Below the pieces are notes generated by a model, which was given only the letters and a program-made list of their open reading frames with translations, was not told the DNA's origin and ran no database searches. A program made the translations under genes and the position numbers. 64,000 nt of DNA from Polyangiales bacterium (GTDB taxonomy: Bacteria; Myxococcota_A; Polyangia; Polyangiales; JADJQN01), in the NCBI GenBank assembly GCA_964202905.1, contig CAXNJO010000004.1, forward strand, positions 128,001 through 192,000, read 5' to 3'. Positions 22,358-31,781 of this stretch are shown here, in pieces. The stretch's first letter is position 1; each line of letters starts with the position of its first letter.

Positions 22358-23317
22358 ATGATCGAAGGAAAGCGCATTTTCGTCACCGGTGGCGCCGGGT
22401 TCATCGGCTCCACGCTCATCGGTCGGCTCATCGCGCGCAACGAGATCGTCGCCTTCGACAACCTCGCACGCAATACGCTTCAGCATCAGGCGTTCGCCGC
22501 GCACCCGAATTTGCGGCTCGTCGAAGGGGACGTCCTCGACACGCGCGCCCTCGCCGAAGCGATGGGTGACGCGCAGATCGTGGTGCATTGCGCAGCGATC
22601 GCGGGCATCGACACGGTGATCAAGAGCCCGGTCATGACCATGCGGGTCAACATGGTCGGCTCCGCCAACGTCCTCGAGGCCGCGTCGCGCCTCTCGGCAT
22701 GCGAGCGAGTGGTCTGTTTTTCCACCAGCGAGGTTTTCGGCTCGCATGCCTTCCGGTCGAGCGAGACGGACAAACCTGTCATGGGAGTCGTCGGCGAGGC
22801 GAGATGGACGTATGCCGTTTCGAAGCTCGCGGAGGAGCATCTCGCGATGGCGTACTGGAGCGAGCGGAGCTTGCCCTGCGCCGTCGTTCGCCCCTTCAAC
22901 GTCTACGGACCGGGCCAAGTGGGAGAAGGCGCGCTGCGCACGTTCGTCCAGCGGGCGCTCCGTGACGAACCGATCGAGATTCACGGGGACGGGACGCAGA
23001 TTCGCGCCTGGTGCTACGTCGACGACATGGTCGATGCCACGATGCTGGCGATGGAGCACCCCGCGGCGATCGGTCAGTCGTTCAACGTCGGCAATCAGCG
23101 CGCCGTGGTCACCATCTACGGCCTTGCAAACGCGGTCGTGCGTGTTCTCGGGAGCAAGTCGGAGATCCGCTTCATCCGCAAGGATTACGCGGACGTCGAA
23201 TTGCGTGTACCCCACGTCGCAAAAGCTCGCGATCTCCTGGGTTTCGAGGCGAAGGTCGACCTCGAGGAGGGGCTGCGACGTACGGCGGACTACTACCGCC
23301 TCCATCTTTCACGCTGA
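22358..23317 (+). CDS. NAD-dependent nucleotide-sugar epimerase/dehydratase (extended SDR)
   Basis: [28 protein letters not shown]. Confidence 0.9.
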   Translation: MIEGKRIFVTGGAGFIGSTLIGRLIARNEIVAFDNLARNTLQHQAFAAHPNLRLVEGDVLDTRALAEAMGDAQIVVHCAAIAGIDTVIKSPVMTMRVNMVGSANVLEAASRLSACERVVCFSTSEVFGSHAFRSSETDKPVMGVVGEARWTYAVSKLAEEHLAMAYWSERSLPCAVVRPFNVYGPGQVGEGALRTFVQRALRDEPIEIHGDGTQIRAWCYVDDMVDATMLAMEHPAAIGQSFNVGNQRAVVTIYGLANAVVRVLGSKSEIRFIRKDYADVELRVPHVAKARDLLGFEAKVDLEEGLRRTADYYRLHLSR

Positions 23318-23345
23318 AGCTGCCGCTCTCCGGGAGGCCCGTCGC

Positions 23346-23966
23346 ATGTCCGCTGCCGCGTCCGGCGAACGCAACTCCGGGCAAGACCCGAGCGTGACGG
23401 TCCACCCGACCGCCGTCATCGACGCCGACGTCGCGATCGGCCAGGGAACGCGCGTGTGGCACTTTGTCCACGTGTCTTCGGGCGCGCGAATCGGCGCGCG
23501 GTGCTCGCTTGGGCAGAACGTGTTTGTCGCCCGCGGTGTCCCGATCGGCGACGGCGTGAAGATCCAGAACAACGTGAGTTTGTTCGAAGGGGTCGAGATC
23601 TCGGACGACGTCTTTCTCGGTCCGAGCTGCGTCTTCACGAACGTGAACAACCCGCGTGCCTTCGTGGAGCGCAAGAGCGAGTTTCGCAGGACGCTCGTCG
23701 AGCGGGGCGCCAGCATCGGCGCCAACGCGGTGATCGTGTGCGGTCACACCATCGGCGCCTACGCCTTCGTCGGTGCTGGGGCCGTCGTGACGCGTGACGT
23801 ACCGGCGTATGCGGTGGTGGTGGGCAACCCGGCCCGTCGAATTGGTTGGATGTGTCGCTGCGGGCAGCGACTCCCTGCGCGTGACACATCGCGGTGCGAC
23901 GCGTGCGGGCTCGCCTACGTCGTCTCCGAAGGTCAGTGTCGCGAGAGCGAGGACGGTGCCTCGTGA
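23346..23966 (+). CDS. wbpD: Hexapeptide-repeat sugar N-acetyltransferase (WbpD/WlbB-like)
   Basis: VHPTAVID, RVWHFVHV, KIQNNVSL, GPSCVFTNVNNPRA, VGNPARRIGWMCRCG. Confidence 0.85.
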   Translation: MSAAASGERNSGQDPSVTVHPTAVIDADVAIGQGTRVWHFVHVSSGARIGARCSLGQNVFVARGVPIGDGVKIQNNVSLFEGVEISDDVFLGPSCVFTNVNNPRAFVERKSEFRRTLVERGASIGANAVIVCGHTIGAYAFVGAGAVVTRDVPAYAVVVGNPARRIGWMCRCGQRLPARDTSRCDACGLAYVVSEGQCRESEDGAS

Positions 23967-25090
23967 CCCGCGCCGTGCCGATCCCCTTGCTCGATCTCGC
24001 TGCGCAGAATCACCCTCTGCTTCCTGCGTTCCGCGAGGCGTTCGACCGCGTAGCAACTCGGGGGCAGTTCATCCTCGGACCCGAGGTCGAGGCATTCGAG
24101 CAAGCCATCGCGGCTTATCTCGGCGTCAAACACGCGGTCGGGGTCTCCAGCGGCACCGACGCGGTCCTCGTCGCCCTGATGGCGCTCGGGATTGGGCCCG
24201 GCGACGAGGTGATCACGACGCCGTTCAGCTTCTTCGCGACCGCTGGGTGTGTGGCCCGGGTCGGTGCGGTGCCGGTCTTTGTCGATGTCGACCCTGACAC
24301 CTTCAACCTCGATGTGTCACGCGTTGCGCAGGCGATCACCGTCCGTACCCGCGCGATCATGCCGGTGCACCTCTTCGGGCAACCGTGCGCGATGGCCCGC
24401 TTGCAGGCGGTGGCCTGTGAGCACGGTCTGCCGATCATCGAGGATGCGGCACAGGCGATCGGGGCGCGGACGGCGATCGGACCGGTGGGCGGTCTGGGGG
24501 CGCTCGGCGCGTTCAGCTTCTTCCCTTCGAAGAACCTGGGCGCGTTCGGCGATGCGGGGCTGGTCACTTCGAACGACGAGGCGCTCGCGGCGCGTGTTCG
24601 TCTGCTCCGCTCGCACGGCGCGGAACCGAAGTACTACAACAGCGCGATCGGCGGCAATTTCCGCCTCGATGCTCTTCAGGCGGCGATCCTCGCCGTAAAA
24701 CTGCCGCATCTCGAAGTCTGGGCGAAGGGGAGAGCGGAGAACGCCGCGCGCTACACCGAGGCGTTCTCGGCTGCGGGACTGAGAGCGGAGCAGCTGACGC
24801 TGCCTCGTGCGGTCGAGCCCGGCCACGTCTGGAACCAATACACGATCCGCTCGTCCCGTCGCGATGCCCTGCGTGCGCATCTCACGTCCGCTGGGATCGG
24901 CCACGAGATCTACTACCCCGTGCCACTCCACCGGCAGACCTGCTTTCGCACGCTCGGTATCGACGAGGGCCGCTTCCCTGAAGCGGAGCGCTGCGCACGC
25001 GAGGCCCTGTCGCTCCCGCTCTTCCCCGAACTCGGGGATGTGCGGCGCGCGCGCGTCGTCGCAGAAGTTCTGGCAGGTCTCGCGGGCTGA
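23963..25090 (+). CDS. DegT/DnrJ PLP sugar aminotransferase (WbpE-like)
   Basis: FILGPEV, SSGTDA, EDAAQAIG, FSFFPSKNLGAFGDAG, NFRLDALQAA; GTGA coupling. Confidence 0.88.
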   Translation: MTRAVPIPLLDLAAQNHPLLPAFREAFDRVATRGQFILGPEVEAFEQAIAAYLGVKHAVGVSSGTDAVLVALMALGIGPGDEVITTPFSFFATAGCVARVGAVPVFVDVDPDTFNLDVSRVAQAITVRTRAIMPVHLFGQPCAMARLQAVACEHGLPIIEDAAQAIGARTAIGPVGGLGALGAFSFFPSKNLGAFGDAGLVTSNDEALAARVRLLRSHGAEPKYYNSAIGGNFRLDALQAAILAVKLPHLEVWAKGRAENAARYTEAFSAAGLRAEQLTLPRAVEPGHVWNQYTIRSSRRDALRAHLTSAGIGHEIYYPVPLHRQTCFRTLGIDEGRFPEAERCAREALSLPLFPELGDVRRARVVAEVLAGLAG

Positions 25091-25163
25091 CCGCGACGTC
25101 GAACGAGCAGCGGACCTTCGCGCAACAGACCCACACACCGTTCACCCGTGTCCGGGGCCGTCG

Positions 25164-25191
25164 TTGACACCCCGTACCCGATCGATATACT
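25164..25191 (+). promoter_or_regulatory. Near-consensus sigma70 promoter for the export module
   Basis: TTGACA-N16-TATACT, followed by GGGAGG RBS and ATG 25215. Confidence 0.7.
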
Positions 25192-25214
25192 CCGACCGCC
25201 TCACGGGAGGGTCC

Positions 25215-25832
25215 ATGTTCGCTTCGCGCTTTCAGACGGTGGTCCGCCAACTCGGCGGTACCCGATACGCGGTCACTCTCGCGCTCGCTGCGCTTCTTGC
25301 GGGTGGTGGGATTGCGCTCGCGCAGGACCGCAGCGGGTCTTCGCCAGAGGACGATGCGTCCGCGGACGTGGAGCGCCGCGCCAACCTCACCGGTCCCGAG
25401 CAGCTCGCCGAAGCCGAGCGGATCGAAACGCGCGCCAACCAGATCAGCCGACGCGTTCAGCAGATGCTCGACGAGGCGCGACGCGAGCGAGATATCCTAC
25501 GCGTGACCTGCCTCAACGACAAACTCACCCAAATCAACGCCAACGCGCGCACGACGAGCACGCGCGGCGATGCCCTCCGCGAGGCCGTTCAGATGAATGA
25601 CGACGCGCGGCGGGATCACGAGTTCACCGTGCTCACGGTGCTCGGCCAGAAGTTCCGGACCCTCGAGCAGGAAGCCAACCAGTGTGTGGGCCAGGACATC
25701 TTTGAGACGGGGACCACCCGGGTCGAGACGAGCATCGATCCGGCGACCCCGGACGAGGATACCTCCGCGGTGCTTTCTTACCCGGAGGTTCCCGTACCCT
25801 TCATTCCTCCGCCTGCCAGCGTGTCGATGTAG
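25215..25832 (+). CDS. Exported helical hypothetical protein with two Cys
   Basis: Signal peptide ending ALA-Q; helical body with CLNDKL and EANQCVG; Pro-rich tail. Confidence 0.75.
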   Translation: MFASRFQTVVRQLGGTRYAVTLALAALLAGGGIALAQDRSGSSPEDDASADVERRANLTGPEQLAEAERIETRANQISRRVQQMLDEARRERDILRVTCLNDKLTQINANARTTSTRGDALREAVQMNDDARRDHEFTVLTVLGQKFRTLEQEANQCVGQDIFETGTTRVETSIDPATPDEDTSAVLSYPEVPVPFIPPPASVSM

Positions 25833-25916
25833 CCGTTCACTACTCTCATCGTCATTGAAAGCAGCGTTCAGGATGGGGCGAAGTCGGGTCCCCAACACTT
25901 CGGAGATCCCCGGGAC

Positions 25917-27293
25917 ATGCGCTTGAGCAACGTTCGCGTGCTGGCTGGACTGGCCGCCGCCATCACCAGCCTGACGGTCGTCCAGTCCGTAACCGCCCAA
26001 GATTGGCTCGCTGACCGGAAGCGGTCGGAGGGGGCCGGAATCCGCGTGGGTGATTTCGAACTTCATCCCGGGGTCGGGGTGGAGGTGGGTTACGACTCCA
26101 ACGTCTTTTTCTCGGACGGGAGTGCGACGAGCGCGGTGCCGGTGGCGTCTCCAATCTTGCGTGTGACCCCACACTTGAGTTTCTCGACGCTTTCCGCCAC
26201 CCGCGAGGCCGAGGGCGAGGCGCGAGAAGGGGCTGGTGCGGGTGCGCCCACAGTGCAGTTCCGAGGCGGAATCTCTGCGTCGTACTACGCGTTTTTCGCG
26301 GACGAGGCACGGAACAACGTCGGGCTCGACGGCGACCTCAATCTCGTGATTCTCCCGGATCGGCCTTTTTCCATCACGCTTCACGAGCGCTTCACGCGCG
26401 TCGTCCGGCCCTTCACGGAGCAGCGCAGCATCGGCGGTTCCGATAGGCGCCTCGATTTCGGCCGAAATGAGAACGATGCGGGCGTGGACTTTTCCTTCGG
26501 AACGCCGGGCCGTGTGCTCGCTGGAACAGCGGGTTACTCCCTCGCGGTCGGCTTCTTCGACGGGGAAGACTTCCAGTTCGCGAATAGCGTGACTCACAAC
26601 TTCCGCGCCGGTGCCAGCTTCCGATTCCTCCCGCAAACCGCCCTCGTGTACGACTTCGAGGGCCAGTACCGGGTCTACCCGTCCTTCGCGCCCGGGACAT
26701 CGCCGACGCTCTTGTCGAACGGGTTCAACCTTCGGACGCGCGTCGGAATCAACGGTGCCATCACGACCCGCCTTTCGCTCAGCGCGATGGTCGGTTACGG
26801 CGCTGGTTGGTTCGATGCTCGGGACGACTTTGACTCGGTGGTCGGTCAGGCGGAGCTCCGCTGGCAAGCGACTTCGAATTTCCGCCTCTCTCTGGGCTAC
26901 GACCGCAACTTCCGGCCGTCCTACGTGGGGAATTTCATGCGTGCCGACCGCGCCTACGCCAGCGCCCAACTTCTGCTTGCCGGCTCGTTCATGCTGGGCG
27001 CGGAGGCCTCCCTCTCCCTCCTCGACTTCGGTGTGCCCGTGCTTGGGAGCGACGTGCGTACCGCGCTGGGTTCGAATCCCGATGGTTCCGTGTCGCGGTC
27101 CGATGTCCGGCTCTCCGGGTCGATTTTTGCGGAGTATCGGTTCACGAACTGGCTTGGCGTCAACGCGACCCTCCGCTACACCGGCGACTACACAGACTAT
27201 CGCTACATCATCACGGACGCCGCTGGAACCGTGCTCGACCCGGCCGGATACAGCAAGTTCGAGGGCTGGTTGGGCGTGCGGGCATTCTACTGA
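25917..27293 (+). CDS. Outer-membrane beta-barrel, EpsX/Wzp-like polysaccharide exit pore
   Basis: Signal peptide, ELHPGVGVEVGYDSNVF, alternating amphipathic strands, C-terminal aromatic (VRAFY); adjacent to short OPX. Confidence 0.8.
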   Translation: MRLSNVRVLAGLAAAITSLTVVQSVTAQDWLADRKRSEGAGIRVGDFELHPGVGVEVGYDSNVFFSDGSATSAVPVASPILRVTPHLSFSTLSATREAEGEAREGAGAGAPTVQFRGGISASYYAFFADEARNNVGLDGDLNLVILPDRPFSITLHERFTRVVRPFTEQRSIGGSDRRLDFGRNENDAGVDFSFGTPGRVLAGTAGYSLAVGFFDGEDFQFANSVTHNFRAGASFRFLPQTALVYDFEGQYRVYPSFAPGTSPTLLSNGFNLRTRVGINGAITTRLSLSAMVGYGAGWFDARDDFDSVVGQAELRWQATSNFRLSLGYDRNFRPSYVGNFMRADRAYASAQLLLAGSFMLGAEASLSLLDFGVPVLGSDVRTALGSNPDGSVSRSDVRLSGSIFAEYRFTNWLGVNATLRYTGDYTDYRYIITDAAGTVLDPAGYSKFEGWLGVRAFY

Positions 27294-27328
27294 CCGAACG
27301 CGTTCGTTGGTTCGCGCATCCCATGGCC

Positions 27329-28006
27329 ATGCGAGAATGCGCGTTCTCTAACGCCCCGCGACGCGGGTTCCCGGGCCCGAGGCGTCTCCCTCGCGCCGTC
27401 CATGTCGGCGCTCCGCGGATCGTGGTCGCGGTGTATGCGTTGGTGTGGTTAGTGGTGCTGGTGGGCTGCGCCGGTAGCGCGAGGCCACTCCGGCCGCCTC
27501 CCAACAACGGCAACGACACCTCTCTCGGCTCGGGGGACGTGTTCGACGTTCGGATTTTCGGGGAGCAGGAGCTCTCCGCGAGTTACCGGGTCGCTGAGGA
27601 CGGGACCATCGACTTCCCGCTCATCGGTCGCATCGAGGTCGTGGGCCTCGAGCCGCCGGCGACCGCGGACCTCTTGCGCGACCGGCTGCGCGATGGGCGT
27701 TTTATGCTCGATCCGCAGGTCTCGGTTTTCGTCCGCGAGTACAACTCGAAGCGAGTGAGCGTGATGGGCGCGGTCTCGCGACCGGGGACGTTCCCCATGT
27801 CGAGTGGTTTGACTGTGGTGCAGGCGATCAGTCTGGCGGGCGGGTTCACGCCACTGGCGATGCGCAGCGGGCCGACGATCACACGCCAGGAGAATGGGCA
27901 TGCGCGCAGCTTCCGCGTGCCGGTCGACGAGATCGTGCAGGGGCGGGCTGAAGACGTACTCCTTCAGGCCGGCGACATCGTCTACGTTCCGGAGCGGGTG
28001 TTCTGA
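27329..28006 (+). CDS. Short OPX (Wza-family) polysaccharide export lipoprotein lacking an OM helical domain
   Basis: Lipobox LVGC, LGSGDVFDVRIF, DGTIDFPLIG (Poly_export), one SLBB, ends GDIVYVPERVF; start uncertain (may be downstream). Confidence 0.88.
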   Translation: MRECAFSNAPRRGFPGPRRLPRAVHVGAPRIVVAVYALVWLVVLVGCAGSARPLRPPPNNGNDTSLGSGDVFDVRIFGEQELSASYRVAEDGTIDFPLIGRIEVVGLEPPATADLLRDRLRDGRFMLDPQVSVFVREYNSKRVSVMGAVSRPGTFPMSSGLTVVQAISLAGGFTPLAMRSGPTITRQENGHARSFRVPVDEIVQGRAEDVLLQAGDIVYVPERVF

Positions 28007-28008
28007 GG

Positions 28009-28965
28009 ATGGTGGGGGCGCTTTCGAATGCAGATCGGGTTTATGTCGCGGGGCACACCGGGCTGGTGGGGTCGGCGATCGTTCGTGCGCTGCGCGCGCG
28101 CGGGCACACGGACCTCGTGCTCCGTACCAGCCGAGAGGCCGACCTCCGGGAGCGCGCAGCCGTAGACGGCCTCTTCGCCGCCGAACGACCCACGGTCGTG
28201 ATCGTCGCAGCGGCGAAGGTGGGCGGGATCCTCGCGAACACCGAGCGGCCCGCGGAGTTTCTCTACGACAACCTCCTGATCGCGAGCCACGTGATCGACG
28301 CGGCGTACCGTGCCGGCGTGCGTCGGTTGTTGTTTCTCGGCAGCTCGTGCATCTATCCGAAGTTTGCCGAGCAGCCGATCCGCGAAGAAGCGCTGCTCGA
28401 AGGAGCGCTGGAGCCGACGAACGAGTGGTATGCGATCGCGAAGATCGCCGGGCTCAAGCTGTGCGCGGCGTACCGTCGTCAGTACGGTTTCGACGCCATC
28501 TCGGCAATGCCCACGAACCTCTACGGTCAAGGCGACAACTTCGACCTCCACAACTCGCACGTCCTGCCTGCGCTCATCCGAAAGTTCCACGAGGCGAAGC
28601 GCGACGGCCGGAGGCATGTCGAGGTTTGGGGGACGGGAGCCCCGCGGCGCGAGTTCCTGCACGCGGATGACCTGGCGGATGCGTGTCTGTTCCTGCTCGA
28701 CCGCTACGACGGGGAGCTCCCGATCAACGTGGGCACCGGTCGCGACCTGACGATCGGCGAGCTCGCCGCGCTGGTCGCGCGCGTGGTGGGATTTGCCGGG
28801 GAGGTCGTGTTCGACCGGAGCAAACCGGACGGGACCCCCCGCAAGCTCTTGGATGTGTCGCGGCTGCATGCCCTCGGTTGGGAGAGTCGGGTCACGCTCG
28901 AAGAGGGGATTCGCGCCACGTACCGCTGGTATTGCGACCAACTCGCGGAGTCCGGGCAGGCCTGA
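28009..28965 (+). CDS. fcl: GDP-L-fucose synthase
   Basis: AGHTGLVGSA, AAAKVGGI, LGSSCIYP, YAIAK, MPTNLYG, SHVLPAL, KPDGTPRK. Confidence 0.95.
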   Translation: MVGALSNADRVYVAGHTGLVGSAIVRALRARGHTDLVLRTSREADLRERAAVDGLFAAERPTVVIVAAAKVGGILANTERPAEFLYDNLLIASHVIDAAYRAGVRRLLFLGSSCIYPKFAEQPIREEALLEGALEPTNEWYAIAKIAGLKLCAAYRRQYGFDAISAMPTNLYGQGDNFDLHNSHVLPALIRKFHEAKRDGRRHVEVWGTGAPRREFLHADDLADACLFLLDRYDGELPINVGTGRDLTIGELAALVARVVGFAGEVVFDRSKPDGTPRKLLDVSRLHALGWESRVTLEEGIRATYRWYCDQLAESGQA

Positions 28966-29070
28966 ACGCGCCCGTTGGCTTTGCACACGTGGTGACTTTG
29001 GCGCGCGTGATTCCGTCGATCAGGGCTACCCCGTGCCTGCGCGGTTCCATTGCAGCACGACTGTCGCCGT

Positions 29071-29910
29071 TCAGGTCGACGTCTGCGCGTTGCGCTCGCG
29101 CTTGAGGTCGTGCTTGGCTGCCACGATCATCTGCTGATACGTGGAGCGCATCGCGCAGAACGTGAGCCCATCCTGTCCGTCGAGAAACCCTCGACGCCAA
29201 ACGTAGGCATACCCGAAGTACAACAGTGACCGCCCCGGTGCGCGCGTCGCGAAACGCTTCAGGGCCGCGCGCCGCACGAGCGGATCCTCGCTCACGAGCT
29301 CGCGTGGGGCGATCCCGAGCGCCTCTTGCTTCAGTTCGTATTCGGCTTCCTTCCGCGCGTAGCGAGCCTGTCGTTCGAACCAGTCCTGAAGTCCTTTGTG
29401 GTTCTCGTCGATGAGATCGTGCGCGAGCGCACCGAGCTCCCCCTCGAGATGCTGCGTCTCGGCGTGTCCGCGGTTTTCGTAGCGGAGCCTCCCGACCCGG
29501 AACAGGCGCACGACCCAGGTCGGGTACAAGGAGCTGTGTTGCAGCCACCGTCCCCACATGTAGAAGCGACGCTTCAGGCGGAAGGCCGCGAATCGCTCGT
29601 CCGCGCCGGGTAGACGCTGCGCGAACTCGGCGGCGAGTTCAGGCGGTACCCGCTCGTCGGCGTCGAGGACGAGCACCCACGGATGCCGCGGCGCCGTGTG
29701 GTCGAGTGCCCAGTTGCGCTGAGAGCCAAATCCCTCGAACGCGTGCTGGAAGAATCGGGCTCCCGCCACGCGAGCGAGGGATTCCGTGCCGTCGGTGCTG
29801 AAGGAGTCGATGACGATGATGTCATCGCACCACCCGAGTGATGCGAGGCAGCCCGGGAGATTGGCCTCTTCGTTGAGCGTAAACACCATCACGGATACGG
29901 GCGGAGTCAC
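29071..29910 (-). CDS. Glycosyltransferase family 2
   Basis: TLNEEANL, DSFSTDGT, QRNWAL, LDADE. Confidence 0.9.
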   Translation of the reverse strand: MTPPVSVMVFTLNEEANLPGCLASLGWCDDIIVIDSFSTDGTESLARVAGARFFQHAFEGFGSQRNWALDHTAPRHPWVLVLDADERVPPELAAEFAQRLPGADERFAAFRLKRRFYMWGRWLQHSSLYPTWVVRLFRVGRLRYENRGHAETQHLEGELGALAHDLIDENHKGLQDWFERQARYARKEAEYELKQEALGIAPRELVSEDPLVRRAALKRFATRAPGRSLLYFGYAYVWRRGFLDGQDGLTFCAMRSTYQQMIVAAKHDLKRERNAQTST

Positions 29911-29931
29911 GAGACACGGTCCTTTCCGGAA

Positions 29932-31038
29932 TCACGGCTTCGAACAGGTGGCTTCACGAAGCCAGCGCCGGGACACGCCTTCCCAAGAAAAATTGCGTTC
30001 CATCCAGCTTCGCCCACGCGCGCCCATCGCGGCTCGGGGGAGCGTGCGCATGCGGGTGAGGGCGTCATGCAGGGACTGCGGGTCGTCGTGGACCCAGAGC
30101 CCGCACGTGTGGGTTTCCACGGCCGCCCATGGCGTGCCCCGGGACGCGATCACGGGGACTCCGGCGGCGAGGGCTTCGGCGATCGATTGTCCGAAATTCT
30201 CGCTGGTCGACGCACATACGTACACGTCTGCCGTCGAGAGCAGACGGTCGCATTCCTCGCGCGTGAGATGTCCTGCGAAGGTGATTCGGTCCATGAGCCC
30301 CAGAGAGCGGACCAGCGCGCGCAGCGTGTCGGCGTAGGGGAGGGGCCCGTCGCCGGCGATCGTGCAACGCCATGGGCCCGCGAGCATGGCGAGCGCCCGA
30401 ATCAGGCGGTCGATCCCCTTGATGGGATGGAGTCGGCTGATGCTCACGACGTGCAACTCTGCGGAATCCACGTGTGTGGCGCTGCACTCGGGCAGTCTGA
30501 CTCCGTTCGGCACGACGAAGGTCGGCAGTGCCGGAAACCACGCATCGAGCGCGTTGGCTTCTTCCTGCGAGGTGCAGTGCGCGATGGTGTTGTGCGGGAG
30601 CAGCGCCCGCATCGTGCGCAGCCAGAGCGTCTTTTTCGGAGGTGGCACCGCACCGAGCGCGAGCACGGCGCCACGAGGTGCCCAGACGAGACGCTTGCCG
30701 AGGCGTCGCGCAGCGCCGATGGTGGGGAACGTGGTGAAGTTGAACGTCGCGTTGAGGACGATCACGTCCGCATCCCGGCCGCAGCGCGCCAAATCCAGAA
30801 GCAGGGACGGCGCAGTCGCTTCTCGCATCCAGCGTCTTCGGTAGATGACCTCCGAGTGCCGACCGAGCGGCACACGGTCGGGAACATTCAAGGTCGCCGC
30901 CCCGTTGGCGTTCGTCGTGAGGACCTGCACCCGGCATCCAATGGCATCGAGACCACGGGCAAAACCCCAAGCCGATTCGGTGGTGCCGCCGTACACCATC
31001 GCCGGGTAGAACCCCGGTGTCACGTAGAGAACGTTCAC
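29932..31038 (-). CDS. Glycosyltransferase family 4
   Basis: SRLHPIKG, SENFGQSIAEALAAGVPVI; GTG at 31038 overlaps upstream stop. Confidence 0.9.
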   Translation of the reverse strand: MNVLYVTPGFYPAMVYGGTTESAWGFARGLDAIGCRVQVLTTNANGAATLNVPDRVPLGRHSEVIYRRRWMREATAPSLLLDLARCGRDADVIVLNATFNFTTFPTIGAARRLGKRLVWAPRGAVLALGAVPPPKKTLWLRTMRALLPHNTIAHCTSQEEANALDAWFPALPTFVVPNGVRLPECSATHVDSAELHVVSISRLHPIKGIDRLIRALAMLAGPWRCTIAGDGPLPYADTLRALVRSLGLMDRITFAGHLTREECDRLLSTADVYVCASTSENFGQSIAEALAAGVPVIASRGTPWAAVETHTCGLWVHDDPQSLHDALTRMRTLPRAAMGARGRSWMERNFSWEGVSRRWLREATCSKP

Positions 31039-31658
31039 GGAGTCGAGCGAGCGACGACGATCATCGATTTCCACAAATACGGGAGGCGACCGGCTCCGCG
31101 GATGTCATCGACGCGAAATCCCGCGTCGACGACGAGCGGCGCGAGCGTGGATGGGGAGAAGAACTTGATGTGCGCGCCATCGCTGCTCGAGGTGAAGTGA
31201 CGGTCCCACTTGCCGGTGAGCGAGAGGGCCAGGTTCTTCAGATACCCATGGTAGGGAGTCGAGAGGATGAGTGCGCCGCCCGGCTTGAGCACCTTGTGCG
31301 CGAGGGTGAGGAGTTTGCGCGGATGGTAGAGGTGCTCGATCACTTCGCAGGAAATCACCGTGTCGGCGCGCGGGAGTTCCAGGTCGTCGTAGACCGAGCC
31401 GAGGACGAAACGTGCCGCCGGGTGAGCGCGACGGGCTTGCTCGATTCCGTCGATCGCGGCGTCGGTCCCCGTCACGTCGTACCCGAGTCGAGCCAGTCGA
31501 CCGGCGAGATAACCGTTGCCACAGCCCAGGTCGACGACCACGCCCGCGCGAGGCGTGAGGCGGTTGACGAGTCCGAGGACCGGGGCCTCGAGGTAGTCGT
31601 TCGCGCAGGTCGGGGCGTCGCTCGTCCAGCCGTATCGCGTCTCAGTCGAGTCAGTCAT
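31035..31658 (-). CDS. Class I SAM-dependent methyltransferase
   Basis: VVDLGCGNG, EVIEHL, LKPGGALILSTPYHGY. Confidence 0.9.
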   Translation of the reverse strand: MTDSTETRYGWTSDAPTCANDYLEAPVLGLVNRLTPRAGVVVDLGCGNGYLAGRLARLGYDVTGTDAAIDGIEQARRAHPAARFVLGSVYDDLELPRADTVISCEVIEHLYHPRKLLTLAHKVLKPGGALILSTPYHGYLKNLALSLTGKWDRHFTSSSDGAHIKFFSPSTLAPLVVDAGFRVDDIRGAGRLPYLWKSMIVVARSTP

Positions 31659-31781
31659 GGTGTTTGCCGCTTCGAGGGATGGAGTCGCCGTGCGGGCCGG
31701 ATGAGGTCTGCATGACGGTGGCGATGCCAGCGCGGTGCGGGGGGCAAACGCCGTGGGCCTCCCGGGCTTCACGGCGCGCGC

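Noticed and set aside
31651..31713. 20-aa minus-strand ORF (MQTSSGPHGDSIPRSGKHHD) as a second precursor
   Set aside because: No leader motif, no clear RBS and no similarity to the 57-aa peptide.
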